64,000 nt of DNA from an uncultured bacterium (GCA_964644695.1 CAZXWN010000003.1:124001-188000); one strand, 5' to 3'; shown: positions 1 through 10,325, counted from the first letter of the stretch. The notes: generated by a model not told the origin, from the letters alone. Program-made: numbers and translations.

Positions 1-264
1 GCATTTTCACAGGAGACTATCTATCATCGGATGGGTCAGTTTATGGCGAATGAGAAGTTGCTCAATGAGGGCATGGATACGACCGCTGCCGAAATATCTG
101 ACCAGAAATTTGAAATACCGCAGAATAAATACCTGGTACTGACGGGATTATGGAACCCGACCCTCAGTGGATATACCACTGTTGAATTGTTGCCGGCGTA
201 TAGTGTTGCAGGCCGGGTTGAGGCCGTTGCATTACCCACCGAGAATAGAAAACGATTGAGATAA
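1..264 (+). CDS. 5'-truncated CDS; C-terminus resembles a degenerate signal peptidase I (S26)-like domain
   Basis: Frame +1 is open from base 1 to TAA at 262-264. FEIPQNKYLVL...LLPAYSVAGRVEAVALP follows the S26 C-terminal pattern (IPxxxYFVL...VPxxxIxGR) but lacks GDN...DSR. Confidence 0.4.
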   Translation, partial: AFSQETIYHRMGQFMANEKLLNEGMDTTAAEISDQKFEIPQNKYLVLTGLWNPTLSGYTTVELLPAYSVAGRVEAVALPTENRKRLR

Positions 265-269
265 TCAGT

Positions 270-1871
270 TTATTTCGTTGCAGGTTTGATTAAGTTATCC
301 GCACCCTCTTTGGGGAAATAGAGGGCGCCTCCAGCCAACTCCACCGGATTTCCAAATCCCACCGGAACCGTTTTTGTAAAAAGAAGTTTCTTCCAATATT
401 CAATATCCGGGTCAGGTTGAATCTTTCTCACATTTGGAGTTAAGAGGATTCCCGTAATATGGGGTTCCATTTTCAAGAGCGTGGGCAGGTCGTCTTTACG
501 AGGCAGCCATACCGTTCGATGGTCTCCATACCAGGCAACAAAGTCAGGCGTATCTGTAATCAAAACGCCAGTTCGGGCAATCTGTGGCAATTGTCCCTCG
601 GTCAGCCACATTGGTTTCATGATTTGCGATTGATTTTGTGGTTTATCACCCAGTGTTACTTCTAAAATAGGGACACTGAATCCAACAATAACCATCATGA
701 CCCAGGACATGGTCTTAATAATCGTTGCTTTTCCGGCCCATTGAACCAGCCGAATCAGATAGACGGTTCCCAGTGCCATAACCAGGGGGGCCAATCCCAG
801 GAAGAATCGAAGTCCCGGTTCTGTAAGAGAAAGTCCCAGCCATGACAGGCCCAGCGCCGGTAGTATCCAGACCCCGGGGTGAGTCTTCTTCCATTCCAAC
901 CGGGTCACGAAAAATCCAATCACTGCCAGTGGAACCAGGAAGGCATGGATACTCATAATAAACTTCAGATTAAGAAGAAGTTGTTTTCCCCACTTAAAAA
1001 GAACCTCTTCCCAATGCCCTATCGGAAATCCCGAATCGGTTACCATTCTAAACCGATACCATCCCGGCCAGGTGGGAGTGAACATTCCCCACAGGTCATA
1101 ACTCATATTAAACAGGGGATGTCCGGTGACCATCATGTTTCGGATCCACCAGGGGGACATTGTTAAAACTAAAGTGAGTAGATAAAGTCCGAGTAATTTC
1201 CATCGAATTTCTTTGGAGAGATTGATAAACAGATAAACCAGGAGGACAGGAATCAGAAAAATGGTTTCAGTCCGGGTCAGCCAGGCTATCCCCGTCAATA
1301 CACCTAAAACGCCGGTTCTGATGGGGGCCCATCCTTGACGGGTCCCGATGATGACCTGATACCCCAATAAGGCGACCAGGAACGAATATACCGGCTCCGA
1401 AAGTCCGGAAAAGGCCGATCCCTGAACCGCAGGTGCCAGTAACCATGCCAGGCCTGCCAACCACCCATAACTGGTATCTATCCATTCCTCAACGATTCGA
1501 ACCATCAGGCCCGCCGTTAAGATATAAAACAGACACCCTAAGAGAATCAAACTGGAAAGATTAAAATTTCCTGAAATCCTGAAGGCCATTGAGGCTAACC
1601 AGGGATATCCCGGGGGCCTCCATAAATTTGAATAGGGAACATGACCGGCATCCTGTTTCATCAGGATTGGATAGGTAAATTGACTGGAAAACCCTTCCCC
1701 CCGAACCAGTTGGCGGCCTTGTTGGGCATAATCCCAAATATCACCCAAAGGTGAAAAGGTGTCAGGACGGTATAAATTTGACCAGGCAGCCCAGACAAGT
1801 AACCACCCCATGACCAGAATTAAAAAAGCATATTTCCAACGGCCTAACAGAATTTTAAAAGGATTCATCAT
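270..1871 (-). CDS. GT-C fold membrane glycosyltransferase (ArnT/PMT-like)
   Basis: 533 aa, many hydrophobic helices, acidic loop GDIWDYA after TM1, RPPGYP, LSEP and RTE motifs typical of GT-C enzymes. Confidence 0.75.
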   Translation of the reverse strand: MMNPFKILLGRWKYAFLILVMGWLLVWAAWSNLYRPDTFSPLGDIWDYAQQGRQLVRGEGFSSQFTYPILMKQDAGHVPYSNLWRPPGYPWLASMAFRISGNFNLSSLILLGCLFYILTAGLMVRIVEEWIDTSYGWLAGLAWLLAPAVQGSAFSGLSEPVYSFLVALLGYQVIIGTRQGWAPIRTGVLGVLTGIAWLTRTETIFLIPVLLVYLFINLSKEIRWKLLGLYLLTLVLTMSPWWIRNMMVTGHPLFNMSYDLWGMFTPTWPGWYRFRMVTDSGFPIGHWEEVLFKWGKQLLLNLKFIMSIHAFLVPLAVIGFFVTRLEWKKTHPGVWILPALGLSWLGLSLTEPGLRFFLGLAPLVMALGTVYLIRLVQWAGKATIIKTMSWVMMVIVGFSVPILEVTLGDKPQNQSQIMKPMWLTEGQLPQIARTGVLITDTPDFVAWYGDHRTVWLPRKDDLPTLLKMEPHITGILLTPNVRKIQPDPDIEYWKKLLFTKTVPVGFGNPVELAGGALYFPKEGADNLIKPATK

Positions 1872-1948
1872 GAGTTAATTATAACTTTGTATACGGTATC
1901 CTGTAACCCTGTCTATATCAGGGTGTAAAGTCCAATTCTTTTCGAAGG

Positions 1949-1981
1949 ATCCACGGAGTTGCTCGGAGCTGCTCCGTAGAT
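1949..1981. repeat. Palindromic intergenic element, copy 1 (REP-like or terminator)
   Basis: ATCCACGGAGTTGCTCGGAGCTGCTCCGTAGAT, an imperfect inverted repeat nearly identical to 18945-18977. Confidence 0.6.
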
Positions 1982-2037
1982 GGTTCGTTGATGAAAAAAT
2001 ATCCACAGGTTTTGAATGGAGAAGTGAAAAGCAATTA

Positions 2038-2679
2038 TTATTTATTTCCAAGAGTGTCGATGGGAAGCCCGTTTTGTTCTGCCATCCGGACTAACCGGAA
2101 GGGTCCGTCATTGATTCGTTCCATGATATGGAATGAGGCATTATCCATCCGATATTTCCGGCGTTCGGGAATGAAATCCAAACCCAGATAATAACAGACG
2201 ACTGCGGCCAGGGGACCTTCATGTGCTGCAATGACAATGGTTTGCCCCCGATGGAGCGTTGCCAGCTCATCAACCTTCCGGGTTGCCCGTTCGTACATGA
2301 ATCTGCGGCACTCCCCATCCGGTAAAATGGTGTTATAGGGGTCTTTATCGTGAAGTTCCATTAATTCAGGGAATTTTTCTCGGATTTCACCAGTGGTTAA
2401 CCCTTCCCACTGCCCAAAATTTGTTTCCCGTAATTCTTTCAGGGTCGTAATGGGGATTTCCCTGTCACCCAGGGCAATTTGGGCGGTTTCCAAAGCCCGG
2501 CTCAAATCAGAAGAATAAATCACATCGACAGAATATTCCTGGAGTAATTGATGGGCACGGCGGGCCTGTTGTCTTCCCAGGTCAGTTAAGGGAATATCAG
2601 CCTGTCCCTGAAAACGATATTGAAGATTCCATTGGGTAACACCATGTCGTAATAAGATGAGTCGGGTTATTTCAGACAT
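2038..2679 (-). CDS. Histidine phosphatase family protein (phosphoglycerate mutase/CobC-like)
   Basis: N-terminal LLRHGxTxWN, SSDLSRA, LRExxFGxWEG and second His in IAAHEG. Confidence 0.9.
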   Translation of the reverse strand: MSEITRLILLRHGVTQWNLQYRFQGQADIPLTDLGRQQARRAHQLLQEYSVDVIYSSDLSRALETAQIALGDREIPITTLKELRETNFGQWEGLTTGEIREKFPELMELHDKDPYNTILPDGECRRFMYERATRKVDELATLHRGQTIVIAAHEGPLAAVVCYYLGLDFIPERRKYRMDNASFHIMERINDGPFRLVRMAEQNGLPIDTLGNK

Positions 2680-2884
2680 TATAAGTTCCTTACAGGTCAG
2701 ACTGTTGGGTTAATCATCGCCAGTCATTGTTTTGGACGGGATGACTCGAAAAAAATAGATGAAAAATGAACCTGTTTCACCTATCTTGAGTATAATCATT
2801 TCTATGATATAGTTTAACACGCACAAAAGGTCAGCGAGTTTCTCGTATTCTTTAAATATTGACCAGCGAATATTGTATTAAGAA

Positions 2885-4561
2885 ATGGGAAAGTATTTTA
2901 GATATTTCGTGGCTCGGGTTAATAATATGAATATCGTACATTATTATCGAAACCGTCTTATTCGTTTCCTGCGAACACCCCGACAGTTTGCAATTCTTAT
3001 CTTTACGGTGGTTTTCTTCCTTTTACTTTTGACCGAGCATCATTATGGAATAGCTTGGGATGAGCCTTATAACTTTAATCCTGCTTGTGAAGCCGCTTCC
3101 TGGGTGAAATTGGTGTTTACTAAACCTGGATTGGCCTTCTCTGATGCGGGAGTGGATATCTATTGGCAGCATATCAATGAACATCCATCGGTTTCAAAGT
3201 GGTTGGCGGCTGCCTCGTATGGTCTTTTTGGCGACAGGCTTGGGGATTTATTCATGTTTGGAAGTGGCAACAGGATTGCCTTAAGGCTGGGTTCTATCTT
3301 GTTTTTCTCCGCATTTATTGCCTGTTTTTATGGATTTTTGACGCATCATTTCAGTTGGCGGACAGGCTGGGCGGCTCTGGTCTCCCTGTTGGTCATGCCC
3401 CGGATTTTTGCTCAGGCCCATTTTGCCACAACGGATATTCCGATGATGGTCATGGCCTGGTTTACTGTATATGCTTTTTATAAAGGCTGTTCTTCCTGGA
3501 AATGGAGTGTTGGCTTAGGCATTATCTGGGGATTGGCTATGGCAACGAAAATCAATGCGTTATTTTTGCCTATTCCACTGTTTGCCTGGGGACTTTTGTA
3601 TCAACGAAAACAGATATTGAACAATCTGGGTGCGATGGTGGTTATCTCTCCGATTGTTTTTATCGCCAGTTGGCCCTGGTTATGGCACCATACTTTTACC
3701 CGATTGATGGATTACTTCCAGTTTTATACTCAGCACAAATTTACGACTGTGTTTTATTTTGGGAAACAATATCTCTTAACTCCAGCCCCCTGGCATTATC
3801 CGTTAGTTTATGTTCTTTTAACCATCCCTGTTATTCTGCTTTTGATTCTGATGGCTGGATTATGGACTGTGTTTAGAAAACAGGAAATGGAAGCTTGGGA
3901 AACTCCTCCAGACAGGTCCCTGGCGATTTTGATGGTGTTTATGGCAGCATTTCCCATTATTCTTCAGAGTCTGCCGTTTTCCCCAAGATATGATGGTATT
4001 CGGTTGTTTTTATCCGCGTTTCCCTTCCTGGCGGTCTTGATAGGACTGGGATATATGAATATTATTCAGCACCTGAAACGACGATATGCTTTTGCGCACA
4101 TCCCGGGAGTTACTCTCGTTATTGGATTTGCAATAATACTACCCTGTTTGTGGCAGGTAATTCGGACCCATCCTTATGAGTTGAGTTATTACAATGCTCT
4201 GATAGGTGGTGTTCAGGGAGCCCAGAAAGCCGGATTAGAAACGACTTACTGGTGTGATTCTGTTAACTCAGACATGCTTTCTGAAATCAATGGAACCCTT
4301 CCCAAAGGTGCGACAGTTCGATTCCTTTCTTTTTCTTCAGAAGTGTTGGATTGGTACAAAATGCATAATGAATTTCGGCTGGACTTGAAAATCATTAATG
4401 GCAGAGGACCGGCAGATTATTATGTTTTACAGGCCCGTCAGGGTTTTTGGGGACAGTATGAAGCGGCCTTTTATGAACAGGCTATTCCCCGGTATAGTAT
4501 TAAATTAGACAATGTTCCCCTGGCGATTCTCTATAACAATCCCATGGCGCCAAACCTGTAA
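2885..4561 (+). CDS. GT-C fold membrane glycosyltransferase (ArnT/PMT-like)
   Basis: 558 aa polytopic protein with WDE after TM1, EHP, ATK, RY/RLF motifs and a soluble C-terminal domain (HPYELSYYN...ETTYW). Start could be 2928. Confidence 0.8.
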   Translation: MGKYFRYFVARVNNMNIVHYYRNRLIRFLRTPRQFAILIFTVVFFLLLLTEHHYGIAWDEPYNFNPACEAASWVKLVFTKPGLAFSDAGVDIYWQHINEHPSVSKWLAAASYGLFGDRLGDLFMFGSGNRIALRLGSILFFSAFIACFYGFLTHHFSWRTGWAALVSLLVMPRIFAQAHFATTDIPMMVMAWFTVYAFYKGCSSWKWSVGLGIIWGLAMATKINALFLPIPLFAWGLLYQRKQILNNLGAMVVISPIVFIASWPWLWHHTFTRLMDYFQFYTQHKFTTVFYFGKQYLLTPAPWHYPLVYVLLTIPVILLLILMAGLWTVFRKQEMEAWETPPDRSLAILMVFMAAFPIILQSLPFSPRYDGIRLFLSAFPFLAVLIGLGYMNIIQHLKRRYAFAHIPGVTLVIGFAIILPCLWQVIRTHPYELSYYNALIGGVQGAQKAGLETTYWCDSVNSDMLSEINGTLPKGATVRFLSFSSEVLDWYKMHNEFRLDLKIINGRGPADYYVLQARQGFWGQYEAAFYEQAIPRYSIKLDNVPLAILYNNPMAPNL

Positions 4562-4568
4562 ACAGTTC

Positions 4569-5336
4569 TTAAGCCTGGGTATTCTTTTCCCATTGGATTG
4601 CAATGGATTCAATCTCACGGGTCAATATCTTAGATAGTCGATGACTGACTTCCCACAGATAATAAGCTTCCCCCAGATATTGCGGATGGGTGATTAAGTA
4701 TTTTATTGCCGCTGCGGGACGAATTTGACCCTGGGCATCTAACAAGGGGGTTGGATTGATTTTCAGTGGACGGTTGGCTCCATCCATGACAATCCTCAAA
4801 GAAAAGTAGGGAGTCCCCGCCTTCTGGCAAACTTGGGCTGCAGCATACGATTCCATGTCAATCAGCGCTCCCGGATGTTCAACTCCTAACTGGTATTTTT
4901 CTTCAGAGCTGGCAACAACCTTGGGCGATGTTAATAAGGGTTTATCTTCATAGGGCAGTTTAGTTCCCCATTTATTCCATGATTCCATGGGGAGGGTAAT
5001 ACTTCCTGTTGGCTTTAGATTCTCATCTAAATCAGTGATGGTTCGGGGAAGGAAGACTTTATTTTTTACATGTAATTCTTCGGCAGTATATCCGGCAAAT
5101 CCTGGGTTAATGATGCCCGCCGGATGGTATCGATCAATTAACCGTTGAGTTCCTTCGGCCGCCTTTTCTTTCCCCATTCCCGTACATAAAACGACCCAAT
5201 TCCGATTATACAGGAGGTATTCACGAAAAATAAACCGGCCATCCTGAGTTTCATGACGAGGTTTATATTTATGGAAGAATATTCCCAATTCATTGGGCAG
5301 TGCGACTAAAACACTCATAGGGTGTAAGTTATTCAT
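4569..5336 (-). CDS. Nucleoside phosphorylase superfamily protein (MTA/SAH nucleosidase or HpnG-like)
   Basis: TGMG, GFAG, IDMES and LRIVMD motifs of the PNP_UDP_1 fold. Confidence 0.75.
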   Translation of the reverse strand: MNNLHPMSVLVALPNELGIFFHKYKPRHETQDGRFIFREYLLYNRNWVVLCTGMGKEKAAEGTQRLIDRYHPAGIINPGFAGYTAEELHVKNKVFLPRTITDLDENLKPTGSITLPMESWNKWGTKLPYEDKPLLTSPKVVASSEEKYQLGVEHPGALIDMESYAAAQVCQKAGTPYFSLRIVMDGANRPLKINPTPLLDAQGQIRPAAAIKYLITHPQYLGEAYYLWEVSHRLSKILTREIESIAIQWEKNTQA

Positions 5337-5548
5337 GTATTCATTATATAGGGAATACTTCTACCCCTTCGGCAAAAAAACATTGAGTCGAGGTCTTGAC
5401 ATGGCTTATAATTAGCGCGGATGGATTGGGATCGGGATATCCCAAATTGGGCTCTATGTGAGGAGGACACAAACACTAAAACATTATTGATATTGGTGCA
5501 ACTTTTATACTCATCTATTTTTCCTCCACGACTACCTTCAAACAATCC

Positions 5549-7327
5549 ATGAAAGGAAAGTTGCCAATGAAAAAAAGTCTATTATTAACCGTTCTCTTAG
5601 TTTTTGTTTTTATGGTTTCATTTAATCTAGCCAAAGGGATTCCCTTAAATTCAACCACATTACCAGATATCAAAATAAGTCAGAACCAAGCCCTGAGTTA
5701 TGCCTTTTCTTTGAATAATTACCATGAAATAGACGACTACTCCCAGTGTTCAATTACTCAAAATTTTATGGATAAAGTAACTTTGACCTCTTGGGGGGAT
5801 GTGGGTATTGGTAGCATTGGGGTTGCTACATCCGGAACCGTTATTATCAGGACTGATGATGGGATGTCGTTTTCTTTTTTGATTAAGGTCGTTCCATATA
5901 CCCTAAAACGATTGCCGTATGTTTTTCTGAATAAAAACCAATCCACAGAGTTTAATCTTCAAGGATATTGTATTGATTCTGAAGGAAATCCGGTTGTCCC
6001 CCTGTCTTTCGGAACTCCGGGTGGATTGGATGCCCGTGAGTCTGATGGAATTACTGTGCAATGGACATCGGATTCAACGATATTGATTACAGCCGACAGC
6101 ACCTTTTCTACCCGGGCACGGTATTGGGTCTATGCCTGTGATACCACAGAGGCTGATACTCAGGAAACCGTTCCTTTTGATCGCGAAGAATTATTCATAT
6201 TCCCGAATGAGATAGCGCAGGGTGGTTTCGACTCTCAGGCAGATTATGATCTGTGGGCTACTGACTACCTGTCCGGGACGATGGCTCTCCCTGATTCCTA
6301 TTGGGTAGCATCAGATACGGATACGGCCGGCGAGTCTGCAGAAGGTGTATTACGAGTTGATTTCAGCACCAATAATTCTGCCATTAAAATCACTCCCAGC
6401 TTATCGCAGATACCTACTGTTGAGCAGGGAGATTGGATGATTGCCCGGATGAGAGTCTGCTGCGATGAGGCCGATAATAATTTTGAAGGAAGCCTGTTTA
6501 ATTTCCGAAATGTCGTGGAATCAGGTGCCCATGTTAATGTAGCAGGACACGTCTGGTTTGGGATGCCAACCACATGGACTTGGATAGAAACACCCGTTTA
6601 TTGTTCTGACAGTGGGATTGTTTATCCCCAGCTGGTTTTTTCACTGAACATTGTCATGCCCACTTTTTCCTCACCCGATTCTATTTTAATCGGGTCTATA
6701 AAAGTTGATGAAGTCCAATTAATACGAGCTACTCCTCAACTCTTATTAGGTCGTAACTTTACCCGGGAAATGTTTGCTGCAGGTCAGTTCAAATATACAG
6801 ATGACCTGACGGATGGATGGAGTGTTGAGCCTTTACCCTCACTGACAGGAGATAATGCGGAAATTCCTGAGATGTCTGTTGATACTGTCGCCCAGAAACT
6901 AAATATCACCTTTAGTGGAGTATCCACAGAAGGCGCAAGGTTCACCGCTAACGATATAGAAGTAGGTATTTGGACGCCATATAGTGAAAAATTCCAGGAA
7001 GCCGGTATTCAGATTGATATGTCACTGCCGAGTGGAACAGAGTTTGTTAGTGATGAAACCGTGATTGTTGTGTCAGCCCTTGGAACTCGGTCTATGGCAA
7101 CTTATGACATTGGAGAAGTAGGTAACTCTCTGTTTGCGGCGGGTGAGTTTGGTAAAATCACCGAAGCAACACTATCCAATCTGAAGGCTGTCGGCCGCGC
7201 TGTGTCTAATTGGCACCAGGTCCAGTGGGCTGTTAAGACAGACCAGCCGGGCACATTGATTCTTGATAATGCAGATTTCTTGAACGACAACGAAGAAGAT
7301 TATATCGGTGATGAGAATCTGTTCTAA
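5549..7327 (+). CDS. Secreted acidic hypothetical protein, probably beta-rich surface protein
   Basis: Sec signal (MKKSLLLTVLLVFVFMVSFNLAKG, start may be 5567); rich in D/E/T/S; no recognisable catalytic motif. Confidence 0.65.
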   Translation: MKGKLPMKKSLLLTVLLVFVFMVSFNLAKGIPLNSTTLPDIKISQNQALSYAFSLNNYHEIDDYSQCSITQNFMDKVTLTSWGDVGIGSIGVATSGTVIIRTDDGMSFSFLIKVVPYTLKRLPYVFLNKNQSTEFNLQGYCIDSEGNPVVPLSFGTPGGLDARESDGITVQWTSDSTILITADSTFSTRARYWVYACDTTEADTQETVPFDREELFIFPNEIAQGGFDSQADYDLWATDYLSGTMALPDSYWVASDTDTAGESAEGVLRVDFSTNNSAIKITPSLSQIPTVEQGDWMIARMRVCCDEADNNFEGSLFNFRNVVESGAHVNVAGHVWFGMPTTWTWIETPVYCSDSGIVYPQLVFSLNIVMPTFSSPDSILIGSIKVDEVQLIRATPQLLLGRNFTREMFAAGQFKYTDDLTDGWSVEPLPSLTGDNAEIPEMSVDTVAQKLNITFSGVSTEGARFTANDIEVGIWTPYSEKFQEAGIQIDMSLPSGTEFVSDETVIVVSALGTRSMATYDIGEVGNSLFAAGEFGKITEATLSNLKAVGRAVSNWHQVQWAVKTDQPGTLILDNADFLNDNEEDYIGDENLF

Positions 7328-7343
7328 TCGTGTCAGTTAATGA

Positions 7344-7375
7344 AACGGCAGTCTCTTTATTAAGAGGCTGCCGTT
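7344..7375. terminator. Probable bidirectional intrinsic terminator
   Basis: AACGGCAGTCTCTT-TATT-AAGAGGCTGCCGTT hairpin between convergent genes. Confidence 0.7.
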
Positions 7376-7390
7376 ATTTATTTGCAGTGA

Positions 7391-8896
7391 TTATCGTGTC
7401 TGAACTAAACGATATCCAAAACGAATAGGCTTTGAATTATGTGTGTGCCGATAGGGCAAATCTATCCAACCGGACCTAAATACAGTGCTGTAATCCAGGG
7501 TGGATAATGGAATATCAACCACTTCTGCCCGGGTGGTCCATAACAGCAACACGGTGTCCGTTCCGTGGCTTTGAATGTATTCTGATTCAGGATAGATGGG
7601 GATGGTTTTTATGTGCAATAAGAGATTTGAGGCCATCTGGTGACGATCCGTTACAATCCTTGCCGCTCCCGAAGGATTGTTGATTAATTTCTCGTCTTGT
7701 AATCTTTTTACCAGGGCTGGATAGGGAGTATTAAGTCGAGTCACTTCACCCCGTTTCTTTTTGCCGGGCCGCCAGGATACCCAACCCTCCGGTTGATACA
7801 CTTGGGACATCCGGTAATAAAGTATTCCCACCATTACCAATAGCAATATCCCATACAGGTAATATTTCCTGCGTGTCTGGTAAAATTTCTGGAAATCTAC
7901 CCGGGTAAACAGAAGCAAAGGTACGGACAAGTAGGTTGGAATGACCCATCTGCTACTGAAGTTGTCTGCTTGCATCAAATAAAACATTACCAGGGGAATG
8001 GTCAGTATCCAGAAGACATATCGTTCCAGTGGGGGATGCAATTCTTTATCTGCGGTCAGGGATTTTCTTTGTATGCATTTGCGGAACAATACAAAATAGA
8101 AAAAGATATACAACAGAACCGGCCCTATATATTTAAAAAATATTTCCACTATTTCTTCGAGTGCCAGCTTTGATTCAGGAGTGACTTTGGCGATTTCCAG
8201 TGCTGACCGAAATGGAGGAAAATCGTTTAATATGAGCCAGTACAAATGAGGCAATGGGATGAGTATTAGGGGAGCCAGTGTCCATACGATTTTGGAAGAA
8301 AACAGCCGCTTACGACCTGTGGCGTCTGTTAATGCTGCCATCATAAGGGACATGCCAAAGAATAAGTAGTTATACTTAGTCAGTATTCCCAGTGCCAGTA
8401 TAATTCCCAACCCCGAATAATCCTTGATACTTCCGGTTTTCAAAAGAGAAAAGTAAAAATTTAAAGCGGTGACCGTTAATGCTCCCAATAAAATAGTATG
8501 GGTCAGGTCCCAGGTGAAGTTGAAGATAAAAAGCGGCATCAACAACAATGATGTGGTGATGATGATCCGGTCTTCCCCTTCCCACCAGAATCGGGTTAGA
8601 CGGTAATATCCAGCATAAAACCAGAAGATAAATAAGTATTTCAATGTTGCCAGAGTCGGCAGATTTAAGCCTGTAACTTGTGAGACGCTCCAGGTTATCC
8701 AGGTGTATAGCGGTGCTTGAAAAGAGTATCCCCATGCCAACCGCTGGGCATCCCAATACTGTTCTGCTTCGTCCATGAGTAATGTGGGGGAGAGAAATAA
8801 ACGAAATCCCCAAAATACTAAACAATACAAGGCTAACCCCAGATAAAATATCTGGTCATATCGAGAGAACCGGGATGTTGGTTTAATTTCGCACAA
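7391..8896 (-). CDS. GT-C fold membrane glycosyltransferase (PMT_2/ArnT-like)
   Basis: MDEAEQ...LAWGY..QAPLYTW after TM1, LTKYN and PHLYW motifs, many TM helices. Confidence 0.8.
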   Translation of the reverse strand: MCEIKPTSRFSRYDQIFYLGLALYCLVFWGFRLFLSPTLLMDEAEQYWDAQRLAWGYSFQAPLYTWITWSVSQVTGLNLPTLATLKYLFIFWFYAGYYRLTRFWWEGEDRIIITTSLLLMPLFIFNFTWDLTHTILLGALTVTALNFYFSLLKTGSIKDYSGLGIILALGILTKYNYLFFGMSLMMAALTDATGRKRLFSSKIVWTLAPLILIPLPHLYWLILNDFPPFRSALEIAKVTPESKLALEEIVEIFFKYIGPVLLYIFFYFVLFRKCIQRKSLTADKELHPPLERYVFWILTIPLVMFYLMQADNFSSRWVIPTYLSVPLLLFTRVDFQKFYQTRRKYYLYGILLLVMVGILYYRMSQVYQPEGWVSWRPGKKKRGEVTRLNTPYPALVKRLQDEKLINNPSGAARIVTDRHQMASNLLLHIKTIPIYPESEYIQSHGTDTVLLLWTTRAEVVDIPLSTLDYSTVFRSGWIDLPYRHTHNSKPIRFGYRLVQTR

Positions 8897-8977
8897 AATC
8901 AGATTGCCTTTTTGGGTCAGGATTGTTTTATATCTTAATATAAGCCAATCCTCAACGCCAAACAGGAAAAACGTTGA

Positions 8978-10120
8978 TTATGCTGTTTCCCGGGGGAGGT
9001 TTGAATCCTGGGAATCGTTACGGATGCTGGATATTAAGATATACAGTCCAAATATCAAGGTGACCAGTGTTACAACAACATACATTCCATCAAGTTTCTT
9101 GATAAACATAAACAGGGGAAGGTACCAGAAAGCCGTCTTCCATCCTTGATGAATAATGGATTCCTTAATCCCAATCAGGTACCAGGCGGGTACTAACAGG
9201 ATGAGGTAATAATAGCGTCCGAAGGGTGTTACATAAGCAATCCAAGCCATCCAGAGTGAGGCCAAAAGCCAGAACAGTGCGGGATTGTTTCGATTCTTAT
9301 GCGTGTAATAAACCAAGATGCCGAAAGCCAGAACACTGAATATTTTATGGAGCCAGACAATAAATGGTAAATCCCAGTGATTGGCCATCCGGACACTTTC
9401 CGCATAGGCAGAGTGATTGTCATCAAACCAGTTTGGACAGGCATTTTCCGGATTCCGATCCATGACTTTTGCGGGCCAGTTCAAGTGAGCCTGTACACTG
9501 GAACTGAAACTTTCACATATCACCAGGGATGTAAAACTGATAACGATTACTAAAAGGACTGAAAGGATGGTGAATTTCCATTTTTGTAACAGTGTTGTGA
9601 AAACGAGTATGGGCAGGACCAGGCTCTTAAAGATAATGGATAAGGCGCAGACCAATCCAGATGTCCAAGTCTGATGTTTTTTTAATAATAACAAAGCGAA
9701 CAGCAAACTGAAGACACACAGAATAATTAGCTGATTGTTTTGCAGGCAAAGATAGGTTGGAGCATACATGCAAACACACAACCAATTAACCTTTTTGATA
9801 TCAACCGGTTTCTCAAGATGATTCAGGAGGATATAACTAATCCCCAAACAGGATAGTACATTCAATGCCAGAAAAAGAATGTAACCATAGGGCGGGTATG
9901 CAGTAAAGATAGTTAAAAAACCTTTAATTCCCGGGAGATAGGGCCCCACATATTGGGCATTTACGGACATCGGATTGTGGGTCGTTTTTACCCAGAAACT
10001 CCACTCTGGTTTATTGTGAATATATTTGGTGATTGCCTTGAATATCCCAGCTATCAATACCAAAAAGTAAATGACAGTATATAAATTGACATACCGTCTC
10101 AGTTTGTTTCCATCAACCAT
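8978..10120 (-). CDS. Polytopic membrane protein, GT87/DUF2029-like glycosyltransferase
   Basis: Pro/Tyr loop after TM1 (YVGPYLP), NNQ, IIFK and DNHS motifs resembling GT87; about 10 TM helices. Confidence 0.55.
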   Translation of the reverse strand: MVDGNKLRRYVNLYTVIYFLVLIAGIFKAITKYIHNKPEWSFWVKTTHNPMSVNAQYVGPYLPGIKGFLTIFTAYPPYGYILFLALNVLSCLGISYILLNHLEKPVDIKKVNWLCVCMYAPTYLCLQNNQLIILCVFSLLFALLLLKKHQTWTSGLVCALSIIFKSLVLPILVFTTLLQKWKFTILSVLLVIVISFTSLVICESFSSSVQAHLNWPAKVMDRNPENACPNWFDDNHSAYAESVRMANHWDLPFIVWLHKIFSVLAFGILVYYTHKNRNNPALFWLLASLWMAWIAYVTPFGRYYYLILLVPAWYLIGIKESIIHQGWKTAFWYLPLFMFIKKLDGMYVVVTLVTLIFGLYILISSIRNDSQDSNLPRETA

Positions 10121-10325
10121 TTGAATTTTACTCTCATAAAATTAATAATCCACCAAGTGTGGATAAAATAACCGACACTCCATGATAATGGATTGCATTA
10201 AAGATGTATAGTTTGTTTGAAACAGCAGTGTTTTATTCAAGATGGTTATTCTATGTAACGCATTGATAGAGTGGCGAGATTGTTTGTGATAGATTGGTTG
10301 AAATTGCCATAAGGAGGTAATACTC

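Noticed and set aside
5396-5412. TTGACA and TATAAT close together upstream of 5549
   Set aside because: Only 5 bp apart, so not a -35/-10 pair; TATAAT may still pair with TTGAGT further upstream, too uncertain to call.
5549-7327. N-x-S/T sequons as evidence of N-glycosylation
   Set aside because: Only a handful are present, not clearly above chance for an N/S/T-rich protein.
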